From NCBI GenBank assembly GCA_946402315.1, contig CAMIWC010000001.1, positions 28,508-92,507 of the forward strand: a stretch of 64,000 nt of DNA, written 5' to 3'. Each line of letters opens with the position of its first letter. Positions within the stretch are counted from its first letter, which is position 1. Shown piece by piece: positions 1-8,600 of this stretch. This stretch comes from an uncultured Clostridium sp. (GTDB lineage Bacteria > Bacillota_I > Bacilli_A > RF39 > UBA660). The translations under genes were made by a program, and so were the position numbers. The notes under the pieces were generated by a model, which worked only from the letters and a program-made list of their open reading frames with translations, did not search any database and was not told the origin of the DNA.

Positions 1-248
1 AAGTAACTATTACTTCAGGAGATTCTACTAAAACATATACTGTAATAATTTATGGTGATGTTAGTGGAGATGGAGAAATTACTGTTCTTGATTTATCTTT
101 AGTACAAATGCATTTATTGAAGAAAAAATCATTAACTGGTGCTTATGCTCAAGCTGGTGATGTTAGTAGAAACGGTTCAGTAGATATACTAGATCTTTCT
201 AAAGTACAAATGCATTTATTAAAGAAAGCTAATATTTCACAATCATAG
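1..248 (+). CDS. 3' fragment of a secreted protein ending in a dockerin-like module; the N-terminus lies outside the window
   Basis: Reading frame +3 translates to ...YGDVSGDGEITVLDLSLVQMHLLKKKSLTGAYAQAGDVSRNGSVDILDLSKVQMHLLKKANISQS*. The two 22-aa segments match the duplicated Ca-binding loop plus helix of type I dockerins (D-x-[NS]-x-[DN]-G-x-[IV]-[NTD]-x-x-D-L). Stop TAG at 246-248. Confidence 0.6.
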   Translation, partial: VTITSGDSTKTYTVIIYGDVSGDGEITVLDLSLVQMHLLKKKSLTGAYAQAGDVSRNGSVDILDLSKVQMHLLKKANISQS

Positions 249-257
249 GAGGATAAA

Positions 258-1703
258 ATGGGTAAAAAGATATTATTAAGTACATTTATGACGCTATTTA
301 TATTTTTAGCGTCTTTAATTCCTGTAGAAGCAGCTGGTGCTAGTATTAATAGTTCAACTAGTACTTCTCAAGTAGTTGTAGGTAATTACGTAACTTTTAC
401 TTTTAAAATTAATTCATCACAAGCAAGTTATTCTATGGCTTATTCAGTTAGTTATGACTCATCTAAACTATCATATGTAAGTGGATCAGGAACTAGTAAT
501 GCTGCTATGATCTTAAATGGAGAAAAAAGTAAAACAATTACTTTAAAGTTTAAAGCTAAAGCTAGTGGTAATCCTACAGTTAAAATAAGTGGTCAAATCT
601 GTGCTTCTAACTGTTTAAGTTTTAATGGATCTAAAGCTGTTAAAATAATTACTCAAAAAGAATATGAAGCATCTAAATCAAGTAATAACTACTTATCTAG
701 TTTAAGTGTAGAAGGAGCAACTCTTTCACCTTCATTCAATAAGAATACTACTTCTTATACTGTAGAACTTCCCGCTAATACAGAATCTATTAATGTAAAA
801 GGTTCTAAAGCTGATTCTAGAGCCTCTGTATCAGGATTAGGTAAACATAGTGTAGAAGATGGTAAGAATACTATTAGAGTTAGTGTAGTGGCTGAAAATG
901 GCTCAGAAAGAGTATATACAATTACTGCTAATGTAAAAGAACTAGATCCTATTAAAGTTACTGTTGATAATGTTGAATATACTATCGTTAGAAAAGCAAA
1001 ACTTTTAAAAGAACCTAATAATACATTTGCTTCTACTGAAGTAGAATATAAAGATGTTACTCTTCCTGGATTTATTAATGAAAAAGCAAATCTTACATTA
1101 CTAGGTCTTAAAGATAATGAAGGAAATATTTCCTTATTTATCTATAAAGATGATGAATTTATTCCTTATAATGAGTACTCATTCTCTACTTTAAATATTT
1201 ATATAGAGAATAAAGAAATAGAAAATAATATTTCTAAAGAAGAACTATTATTAAATGATACTAAAGTTAATACTTATAAATTGGATAGTACTTCTTATCA
1301 CTATTTCTATGGTATTAATCTTGATACTGGAGAAGAAACTATATATAGATATGATGAACAAGATAAAACTATTCAAAGATATTTAAAAGAAGAATCTAAA
1401 GAAGAAAAGACTGATAAAGAAGATAATACTAGTCTATATAAAATTATAATTGTTTATTTATTAGGATTTATCTTCTTAACATATTTAGTCCTTTTAGTTA
1501 TAATACTATCTAAAGGAAAAAAGAAAAGTACTAAAAAAATGCCTGTTATCGAAGAAGGAGAAGTTGAAGTAGAAGAAGTTAAAGAAGAACCAGAAGAAGA
1601 TACAGAAGAAATGGCTAATATCTTAGAAGATACTACTGAAATAAAAAAGACTTCTAAAAAGAATACTTCAAAGAAAAAGAGTACTAAGAAAAAAGGTGAT
1701 TAA
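258..1703 (+). CDS. Membrane-anchored surface protein with a cohesin-like domain (aa ~27-135), a cadherin-like beta-sandwich domain (aa ~145-230), a C-terminal TM helix and a K/E-rich cytoplasmic tail
   Basis: RBS aggagg 8 nt upstream and an N-terminal signal peptide. The segment VVVGNYVTFTFKIN...SVSYDSSKLSYVSGSG...TLKFKAKASGNPTVKISG resembles the cohesin consensus (..YD.s.L..vsv..G.. / ..i.Fk.ka.G). YLSSLSVEGATLSPSFNKNTTSYTVELPANTESINV is a cadherin-like beta-sandwich motif. The TM segment IIIVYLLGFIFLTYLVLLVIIL is followed by KGKKK. Confidence 0.55.
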   Translation: MGKKILLSTFMTLFIFLASLIPVEAAGASINSSTSTSQVVVGNYVTFTFKINSSQASYSMAYSVSYDSSKLSYVSGSGTSNAAMILNGEKSKTITLKFKAKASGNPTVKISGQICASNCLSFNGSKAVKIITQKEYEASKSSNNYLSSLSVEGATLSPSFNKNTTSYTVELPANTESINVKGSKADSRASVSGLGKHSVEDGKNTIRVSVVAENGSERVYTITANVKELDPIKVTVDNVEYTIVRKAKLLKEPNNTFASTEVEYKDVTLPGFINEKANLTLLGLKDNEGNISLFIYKDDEFIPYNEYSFSTLNIYIENKEIENNISKEELLLNDTKVNTYKLDSTSYHYFYGINLDTGEETIYRYDEQDKTIQRYLKEESKEEKTDKEDNTSLYKIIIVYLLGFIFLTYLVLLVIILSKGKKKSTKKMPVIEEGEVEVEEVKEEPEEDTEEMANILEDTTEIKKTSKKNTSKKKSTKKKGD

Positions 1704-1708
1704 ACATC

Positions 1709-3631
1709 ATGAGTACAAGAGAAAACACTAAAAAAAGAAATAAAAGATCAATAAAGATAGATATTATTTTTATAATTCTATCTTTATTAGCGTCTATATT
1801 TTTAATATATGAGTTACTTAAACTTAAGAAAATAGAAACTGTTCTTAGAATGATTGTTATAGCTATTATTACTTTAATTAACTTAATTATGATTATTAAT
1901 CTATTTAAGAGAAACAGAAAAAAGAAAAGAATTAAGAAGGGTATTAAAAGATTCTTCTTACTTATTCTTATTATTATATATATTGTTCTAGGTGCTAATA
2001 TTCATTATGTAATATCTAAAATAGATAATATGAACAAGAAAACAGTTACTTTAACTACTTCATTAGTAACTTTATCAACAAATAAAGTGGGTAACGTTAA
2101 TGACATATATAAATCTAAAATAGGTATAGGTAGTGATAAGACTGATACAGAAGCTTATGTTCTACCTATGGAAATAGTTAATAAATATAATCTAGATAAG
2201 AATAATGAATTAGTTCCTTATGATGATTATTTAACTATGATAAATGATTTATATAATAATAAAGTAGATTATGTCTTCTTACCTAGTGGATATGTTACTA
2301 TGTACAATTCTATAGAAGAATTTGAAGATATAGAAGATGATACTAAAGTAATAATTTCTTCTTTAAAAGAAGAGAAAAAAGATGATGAATTAAGAGCTTC
2401 TTCTGCTGATGTATCTAAACCATTTACAATTCTTTTAATGGGAGTAGATTCTAGTAGTGATGGTATAAAAAATGCTAATTCATTTAATGGAGACTCTATT
2501 ATGATGATTACATTTAATCCTACTACTTTAAATGTTACTATGTTAAGTATCCCAAGAGATACTTATGTACCTGTTACTTGTATGAATAATGTTGATAACA
2601 AGATAACTCATGCAGCTTCTCATGGAGCTTCTTGTGTAATTAGTACAGTAGAAAAGTTTACTGGTATAAAGATTGATTACTATGCAAAGATAAACTTTAA
2701 AGGATTAGTAGATCTAGTTGATGCATTAGGTGGAGTTGAAGTAGATGTTCCTTATTCCTTCTGTGAACAAGATAGTAAGAGAAAATGGGGAAAGAGTACT
2801 ATTTATGTTAAAAAAGGAAAACAAACATTAAATGGAGAACAAGCTTTAGCTCTTTCTCGTAATAGAAAAAATAATGCAAAAAAATGTGGAGAAGAATATT
2901 CACAAGGAACTAGAAATGACTTTATAAGAGGTCAAAATCAACAATTAGTTATTCAAGGTATTATTAATAAAGCTAAAAAGATTAATAGTATTGGAGAAGT
3001 CTATGATATCTTAGATAGTATTTTTAATAACTTAGATACTAATATGTCTAGAGATACAATTTTATCTTTCTATAATGTAGCTAAAGATATAATGACTACT
3101 AAGAAAGATAAAGATGGAGATATAGTATCTATACAAAAACTATATTTAGCTGGTGCTAATCAAATTATATTTGATGAAAGAAGTAGTTTAGAATTATATA
3201 ACTATATTCCTAATCAATCTAGTAAAAAAGCAATTATCGACGCTATGAAGATTAATCTTGGATTAATGAAAGAAACAACTCAAACGTCATTTAGTTATAA
3301 GCTTGGTGAAAACTATGAAACCAATGTAATTGGGAAGAATCCAACGACTAGTACTACTCTATATACATTAGTTCCTGACTTTACTACTTATACTAAAGCA
3401 AGTGCTGAATCATGGGCTAATCAAAATGGATTTACTATTATATGGAATGAAGTACAAGTAAGTAATAAGAGTTCTGATGGAAAAATTACTAAACAAAGTT
3501 ATCATCGCAAGAAAAGAGTAGATCTATGTAATCCTAAGACTATTACATTAACAATTAATGTATATAAAAGTACTGAACCAGCAGAAACTACTGATGATAG
3601 TACTGATGATAATACTGATAATACACCATAA
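1709..3631 (+). CDS. LytR-CpsA-Psr (LCP) family cell-wall polymer phosphotransferase, with an N-terminal TM region and a long C-terminal extension
   Basis: LCP core motifs are present: FTILLMGVDSSSDG, GDSIMMITFNPTTLNVTMLSIPRDTYV, NFKGLVDLVDALGGVEVDVP, LNGEQALALSRNRK. An N-terminal hydrophobic segment is also present. Confidence 0.8.
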   Translation: MSTRENTKKRNKRSIKIDIIFIILSLLASIFLIYELLKLKKIETVLRMIVIAIITLINLIMIINLFKRNRKKKRIKKGIKRFFLLILIIIYIVLGANIHYVISKIDNMNKKTVTLTTSLVTLSTNKVGNVNDIYKSKIGIGSDKTDTEAYVLPMEIVNKYNLDKNNELVPYDDYLTMINDLYNNKVDYVFLPSGYVTMYNSIEEFEDIEDDTKVIISSLKEEKKDDELRASSADVSKPFTILLMGVDSSSDGIKNANSFNGDSIMMITFNPTTLNVTMLSIPRDTYVPVTCMNNVDNKITHAASHGASCVISTVEKFTGIKIDYYAKINFKGLVDLVDALGGVEVDVPYSFCEQDSKRKWGKSTIYVKKGKQTLNGEQALALSRNRKNNAKKCGEEYSQGTRNDFIRGQNQQLVIQGIINKAKKINSIGEVYDILDSIFNNLDTNMSRDTILSFYNVAKDIMTTKKDKDGDIVSIQKLYLAGANQIIFDERSSLELYNYIPNQSSKKAIIDAMKINLGLMKETTQTSFSYKLGENYETNVIGKNPTTSTTLYTLVPDFTTYTKASAESWANQNGFTIIWNEVQVSNKSSDGKITKQSYHRKKRVDLCNPKTITLTINVYKSTEPAETTDDSTDDNTDNTP

Positions 3632-3659
3632 AAAGAGTTTTTTAATAAACTCTTTTTTA
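3632..3659 (+). terminator. Rho-independent terminator after the LCP gene
   Basis: A 9-bp stem aaagagttt/aaactcttt with a 6-nt loop is followed by a T-run. Confidence 0.5.
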
Positions 3660-3731
3660 CTAGACAAAAGAACTAATTCATAATATAATTTATACGTTAT
3701 AGTTCTTACTATTAAAAAGAAAGGAGAAATT

Positions 3732-5438
3732 ATGAAAGACCAAAACGAAACTAAAGTAATAGTTTTAGGTGGTTTGGGGTCAATAGGAAAAAACATGTAT
3801 TGTGTAATGCATGGTGATGAAATTGTTATTATAGATGCGGGAATTGAATTTCCAGAATGGGGACTTTTTGGAATAGATTATATACTTCCTGATTTTACCT
3901 TCTTAAAAGAAAATGAAGATAAAATTAGGGCTTTAATTATTACTCACGGACATGAGGATCATATAGGGGGAATACCGTATGTTATTCAAAACATAAATAT
4001 TCCTGAAATATATGCTCCAAATCAAGCTAAAGAACTAATTGCGATGAAATTAGCTGATCGTAATATGAGATATGACAATTTAAAAGTTTATGATGACCAA
4101 ACTATATTAAAATTTAAAAACTTACAAATAGAATTTTTTAGAACAACACACTCTATTCCAGATTCACATGGAATACTAATTAAAACTCCGGATGGTAATA
4201 TTGTAACTACTGGAGACTATAAATTTGATATGACACCAATCGGACCAGTAGCTGATCTACATAAAATGGCTAGAATTGGTGAAGAAGGTGTCGATTTACT
4301 TATTGGAGAATCAACTAATGCTTTATCTCCAGGAGTTAGTACAAGTGAAGCTAAAGTAGATAATGCTTTAAATGATATATTTGATAAATATACTAATAGA
4401 AGAATTATAATCGCAACATTCGCTTCAAATATATATCGTTTAAAACATATAGTAGAAACATGTTTCAAACATAATCGTAAGATATGTACATTTGGAAGAA
4501 GTATGGAAAACAACTTAACTATTTCTTTAAAAGGTGGATATATTGATCATGCTAGTATCTTTATAAATGCTGATGAAGCTAATCAATTACCACCAGGAGA
4601 TGTATGTATATTATGTACTGGTACTCAAGGAGAACCATTAGCTGCTTTATCTAGAATAGCAAATGGTACTCATAAACAAATAAAGTTAAGACCAGATGAT
4701 ATCGTAGTATTCTCATCATCTGCAATACCAGGAAATGCACAAGCAATTGGAAATACTATTAATAAGTTATATTTACAAGGAGTTAAAGTATTTACTAATA
4801 CTGCGCTTTCTGATATCCATTCATCAGGACATGGTAATGAAGAAGAGTTAAAACTTATGATTAGATTAATGAAGCCAAAATACCTTATGCCATTCCATGG
4901 AGACTATAGAATGCTTAAAAAACATGCTAATATTGGTATTGAATGTGGTATGCCTAAAGAAAATACATTTATTCTTAGAAATGGAGATACTCTAATTCTA
5001 AAGAATCATGAAATTACTAAAGGTGATCCAGTACCAGATTCTGATACTTATGTTGATGGAAACTCTCTTGGTGAAGTTAATGGTGCTGTACTAAGAGATA
5101 GAAAGATTATGGCAAGTGATGGAATAATAGTAGTTATTGCTAATGTAGATATGCGTAAACGCGAACTACTAATTAAACCAAATATTACTTCTAGAGGATT
5201 TATCCTAGTAAATGAAAACGAAGACTTAATTAAACAAATTGAAGATGTTGCTACTAAATCAATTAATTCAAAACTAAAAGATCGTAGTGCTAACTTCAAT
5301 ACAATAAAGAGCCAAATAGTAGCTGACTTATTTCCATTCATTTATGAATTAACTGGAAGAAGACCTATAGTTTTACCAGTTATATTGGACATAAAAAGAA
5401 ATGAGAATTTAGAAGAAGAAAGCAATAAATCAAAATAA
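3732..5438 (+). CDS. rnj: Ribonuclease J (metallo-beta-lactamase / beta-CASP RNase)
   Basis: The N-terminus KVIVLGGLGSIGKNMY...IIDAGIEFPE and the ITHGHEDHIGGIPYV motif match the RNase J family. Length is 568 aa. The RBS aaaggag is present. Confidence 0.9.
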   Translation: MKDQNETKVIVLGGLGSIGKNMYCVMHGDEIVIIDAGIEFPEWGLFGIDYILPDFTFLKENEDKIRALIITHGHEDHIGGIPYVIQNINIPEIYAPNQAKELIAMKLADRNMRYDNLKVYDDQTILKFKNLQIEFFRTTHSIPDSHGILIKTPDGNIVTTGDYKFDMTPIGPVADLHKMARIGEEGVDLLIGESTNALSPGVSTSEAKVDNALNDIFDKYTNRRIIIATFASNIYRLKHIVETCFKHNRKICTFGRSMENNLTISLKGGYIDHASIFINADEANQLPPGDVCILCTGTQGEPLAALSRIANGTHKQIKLRPDDIVVFSSSAIPGNAQAIGNTINKLYLQGVKVFTNTALSDIHSSGHGNEEELKLMIRLMKPKYLMPFHGDYRMLKKHANIGIECGMPKENTFILRNGDTLILKNHEITKGDPVPDSDTYVDGNSLGEVNGAVLRDRKIMASDGIIVVIANVDMRKRELLIKPNITSRGFILVNENEDLIKQIEDVATKSINSKLKDRSANFNTIKSQIVADLFPFIYELTGRRPIVLPVILDIKRNENLEEESNKSK

Positions 5439-5443
5439 ATGTA

Positions 5444-5480
5444 ATTACTTAACAAAAAAAGGAACATTTAAATGTTCCTT
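5444..5480. terminator. Bidirectional intrinsic terminator at the convergent rnj/Nudix junction
   Basis: An A-run, the hairpin aaggaacattt/aaatgttcctt, then a T-run. Confidence 0.6.
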
Positions 5481-5487
5481 TTATTTT

Positions 5488-5907
5488 TTATTGTTTTTCT
5501 ATCAATTCTTTTACTTTAGGTTTAACTCTGTTCCAAAATTCTATTAAGTTATCATATGATAATGCTTCAGCTACATCATCAAATTCAACCCAAACGAGTA
5601 TTTCTGGATCAGGGGATATTTTATCACTTTTTCCATCATCTAAAGCTAGATAAATATATACCTCAACTTTTTCATCTTCTTGAGTTACATAATACATTGT
5701 ACCTATCTCTTTATCAGATGCTAGATGACTCTTTCTAGATGTTTCTTCTTCTAACTCTCTTAAAGCACATTCTGGAAGCGTTTCTCCTGCTTCTAAGTGC
5801 CCTTTAGGGAAAGATATATCTCCATACTTCTTACGATAGACTAACGCTATTTGATCTTTATCTTTATTATATAAAATACATCCTGCTTTTTTTGTATTAT
5901 CTTCCAT
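5488..5907 (-). CDS. NUDIX hydrolase
   Basis: The Nudix box GHLEAGETLPECALRELEEETS is present. Length is 139 aa. Confidence 0.8.
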   Translation of the reverse strand: MEDNTKKAGCILYNKDKDQIALVYRKKYGDISFPKGHLEAGETLPECALRELEEETSRKSHLASDKEIGTMYYVTQEDEKVEVYIYLALDDGKSDKISPDPEILVWVEFDDVAEALSYDNLIEFWNRVKPKVKELIEKQ

Positions 5908-5942
5908 ATAATCACCTAATATAATTATAACAAAAAATACAG

Positions 5943-5970
5943 ATAAAAAAAGATGAGTTCAACTCATCTC
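5943..5970 (-). terminator. Intrinsic terminator after the 5971-7563 gene
   Basis: The hairpin agatgagtt-caa-ctcatct is followed on the minus strand by a U-run. It overlaps the stop codon. Confidence 0.5.
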
Positions 5971-7563
5971 TTATTTTAAATAACTTGTATCAATTTCTAT
6001 TACTGGTCTTACTCCCAAACGATAAGCACTTTCTGCATAATAGAACTCAATACCACCATACTTATGAGCACCCCATGCAGATCTACTATCAAAAGCACTT
6101 CCAAACCAATAGCTTGTACTAGCCCAATGAGTTGCTCCTTGCACATTAGTAATTCCTACTTCATCATAATATTTTTCTAATCCGCCAGCCGCAACTAATT
6201 TACCAATTGTTAATCCATCTACATCTCTACCATTACACCATTCTATAGATGCATATTCAGCTTCTTCTTGACTATTATAAAAATCAGTTATTAGTATTTC
6301 CTTACTATGTGTAATACATACATCTATATCTTTTATTTCATACTTTGCTTCAATTTCTTTCAGTTCCATCGCTTCTTCATATGATAATAATCTTCCTTCT
6401 ATTGTACTTGGAGCACCTATTTCTTTTAGTTTTGCTACATAGTTTTCTACATAATAAGCAATTGTATAACCATTATCTTGTATTTTTGGATAAACGGCAT
6501 TATTATCTTGAATTTGTTCAACATCTTTTAAGTTTTTATTATAAATATAAGGGCTTGGATTACCATAATATGCAACTCCATTTGCATTATATGGACTTAA
6601 CAAATTTCCATCACCATCATCCCAATAATTTGTACTAGAGAAAGCAACTACAGCCGTTCTATAATCAGTAGTCCAATCAAATCCATCTGCCTTACTATTT
6701 TGTAGTCCATATCCCGGATCACTTTCATTATAAGTCTTTATTAATGTTTCTCTATCGTATTCATCGAAGCTATATTCTACATCAAATCCAACTAATAAGT
6801 TATATTTAGCAAGTAATAGTGTTTTATTATCATTAGTATTTACTACATAGAAATGTTCTGAACCAAATGCTATTTCATCGCCTATTCCTAATTCATTTAC
6901 TATTGTAACTTTTGATTCAATAGTAATATCACATTTACATATAGCGTTTATACTTATCGGTATTAATAAAGATAAACTAAGTATAATTATAATTAATCTA
7001 TTGTATTTCTTTTTACTTACTAAAATGTATGTAATAAAGCATAATACTGATACAAAGACAATTATTGATAAATAAGAATTAACTCCTGTTTCTGGATTAT
7101 TAACAACACTATCATTAACTAAATTTACTGTCGTAGTATTATTATCATTATATATACCTTTATTTGTTTCATAATATGGTATTTCTTTAACATATTTAAT
7201 TGTTATATAAAATGTTTTTGTAGAATTTGCTTTAACTATATTTGATTCATCTTCAAACACAAGTGAATAATCTAAATAATCTGAATCTAGTTCAAAACTA
7301 TTTTCATCTATTTCATAATCAACTGAAGAAGTATTTTTAACTACTACTTTATATTTAATACTTCCTCCTGCATCAGACATAACTATATCGAACTTAATTT
7401 TTTTATCAGTTGCAGTAGCAGGACTATTTTCTATTACAGTATCTGTTTTTTCTTCCATAGTAATAGAATCAACTACTACTTTAGAAGAATCACATGTTTC
7501 AGCACTAGCAATAATTGGTATAAATAAAAGTAATAATATTAATAATATTTTTTTATTAATCAT
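5971..7563 (-). CDS. Two-domain secreted/membrane protein with a signal peptide, domain 1, an NPETG motif plus TM helix plus KKK, a second hydrophobic helix, then a C-terminal domain ending ...YRLGVRPVIEI
   Basis: The likely start is ATG at 7563 (MINKKILLILLLLFIPIIASA) with RBS aaaggtg; the ORF track starts 54 nt upstream. Mid-protein NPETG-VNSYLSIIVFVSVLCFITYILV-SKKKYNR looks like a sortase sorting signal. It is immediately followed by a signal-peptide-like stretch LIIIILSLSLLIPISINA with no stop or start codon between them. Confidence 0.6.
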   Translation of the reverse strand: MINKKILLILLLLFIPIIASAETCDSSKVVVDSITMEEKTDTVIENSPATATDKKIKFDIVMSDAGGSIKYKVVVKNTSSVDYEIDENSFELDSDYLDYSLVFEDESNIVKANSTKTFYITIKYVKEIPYYETNKGIYNDNNTTTVNLVNDSVVNNPETGVNSYLSIIVFVSVLCFITYILVSKKKYNRLIIIILSLSLLIPISINAICKCDITIESKVTIVNELGIGDEIAFGSEHFYVVNTNDNKTLLLAKYNLLVGFDVEYSFDEYDRETLIKTYNESDPGYGLQNSKADGFDWTTDYRTAVVAFSSTNYWDDGDGNLLSPYNANGVAYYGNPSPYIYNKNLKDVEQIQDNNAVYPKIQDNGYTIAYYVENYVAKLKEIGAPSTIEGRLLSYEEAMELKEIEAKYEIKDIDVCITHSKEILITDFYNSQEEAEYASIEWCNGRDVDGLTIGKLVAAGGLEKYYDEVGITNVQGATHWASTSYWFGSAFDSRSAWGAHKYGGIEFYYAESAYRLGVRPVIEIDTSYLK

Positions 7564-7701
7564 AAATACACCTTTTACCCTACTTAAATTATATAAAAAA
7601 TAACGATTATAGTCCATTTATTATATTTATAACAATGTAAACTATCTTTATAAAACTATAATTATTACAATGATAAAAGTATAATTATATTTGAGGATAA
7701 T

Positions 7702-7833
7702 ATGGAAAGAAACTATTTAGATACATTTAAAAATATTAAATATAGCGTTGGTCAATCTAGTTTAGAAGATGTAGATTATGTACTAAATAATTATTCTAAA
7801 GAAACAGTTAATTGGTATATGAACAATATTTAA
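7702..7833 (+). CDS. Small hypothetical protein (43 aa)
   Basis: ATG at 7702 with gaggat upstream. It translates to MERNYLDTFKNIKYSVGQSSLEDVDYVLNNYSKETVNWYMNNI*. The stop lies 16 nt before the next ORF. It was not in the ORF track. Confidence 0.35.
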   Translation: MERNYLDTFKNIKYSVGQSSLEDVDYVLNNYSKETVNWYMNNI

Positions 7834-7849
7834 GGAGGAAGATGATTAT

Positions 7850-8113
7850 ATGTTTTTTAATAAAAATAAGGAAAAAGTTTCTGGATTAATTACACAATTT
7901 ATAGAAAGGGATAATAAACACTATCCCGTGTTGTCGTTTGTTACTAAAGATGGAGTAAAAATAGAACGAGAAGAGCCAAACGGACCTCCTCTTGAAGAGT
8001 TATTAACTAATGAAGGAGTAAAGGAATTTTTAGAAAAAGCACTTCCTATTAATGATGTAGATATCATTTATAAAAAAGATAATCCATATGACTTTTATGG
8101 AAAATATATATAA
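7850..8113 (+). CDS. Hypothetical protein (87 aa)
   Basis: A strong RBS ggaggaag lies upstream. A clean terminator follows immediately. No recognisable motif. Confidence 0.5.
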   Translation: MFFNKNKEKVSGLITQFIERDNKHYPVLSFVTKDGVKIEREEPNGPPLEELLTNEGVKEFLEKALPINDVDIIYKKDNPYDFYGKYI

Positions 8114-8116
8114 AAT

Positions 8117-8138
8117 ACGAGCAATGCTCGTTTTTTTA
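8117..8138 (+). terminator. Rho-independent terminator
   Basis: The hairpin acgagc-aat-gctcgt is followed by TTTTTTT. Confidence 0.6.
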
Positions 8139-8178
8139 TGCAATAAAAAACTAACATTTCTGTTAGTTCAATTCTCCA

Positions 8179-8556
8179 TGGTGGAGCCGGGGAGAATTGA
8201 ACTCCCGTCCGAAATCCATGATTCTTAGACTTCTACAAGTTTAGTCAACTACTCAGTTTCATTATAAGAAAAGCTAATTGACGAACTATCTTATAACTAG
8301 TCTATAGAATTCATTATTGTTTCTAGACTAAACAATAATATATCTTGTTAAAATGAACCCTAATATATCCCACAAGCAAGATATAAAAGAGCGTACACCT
8401 TTAAATTATTAGGCAAAAGCAACAGCTTGGCGAGAACCAAACATGTTAGCTAGTACAGTTTTTACTTTGTTTCCAGTTATATTTAATTTGCATTTATAGA
8501 TTGCCATCTACTTGCCATCTAAGCCCACTAAATCCCGTCGAAACCTAGTCGACCCC
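8179..8556 (-). ncRNA. ssrA: tmRNA (transfer-messenger RNA)
   Basis: The minus-strand 5' end GGGGUCGACUAGGUUUCGACGGGAUUUAGUGGGC has the acceptor/D-like hallmark. The 3' end ...GGACGGGAGUUCAAUUCUCCCCGGCUCCACCA has the T-arm plus CCA. An internal tag-like reading frame ...GNKVKTVLANMFGSRQAVAFA ends in UAA UAA. It lies immediately downstream of smpB. Confidence 0.9.
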
Positions 8557-8568
8557 ATATGTGTATAA

Positions 8569-8597
8569 ATTATATCATAAACAAAGAAAAAAGACAA
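8569..8597 (-). promoter_or_regulatory. Putative sigma-A promoter for ssrA
   Basis: Minus strand reads TTGTCT-17-TGaTATAAT (extended -10), about 12 nt upstream of the tmRNA 5' GGGG. Confidence 0.45.
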
Positions 8598-8600
8598 ATA

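Noticed and set aside
3548-3796. 82-aa minus-strand ORF spanning the LCP 3' end, a terminator and the rnj start
   Set aside because: It crosses an intrinsic terminator and an RBS/start of a well-supported gene. Hydrophobic junk typical of AT-rich antisense frames.
8179-8260. Possible tRNA gene, from the T-arm-like GGUUCAAUUCUCC and CCA end
   Set aside because: This is the tRNA-like domain of tmRNA, with a 378-nt span, a GGGG...GGUUUCGAC 5' end and an internal tag ORF. No independent tRNA genes were found anywhere in the window.
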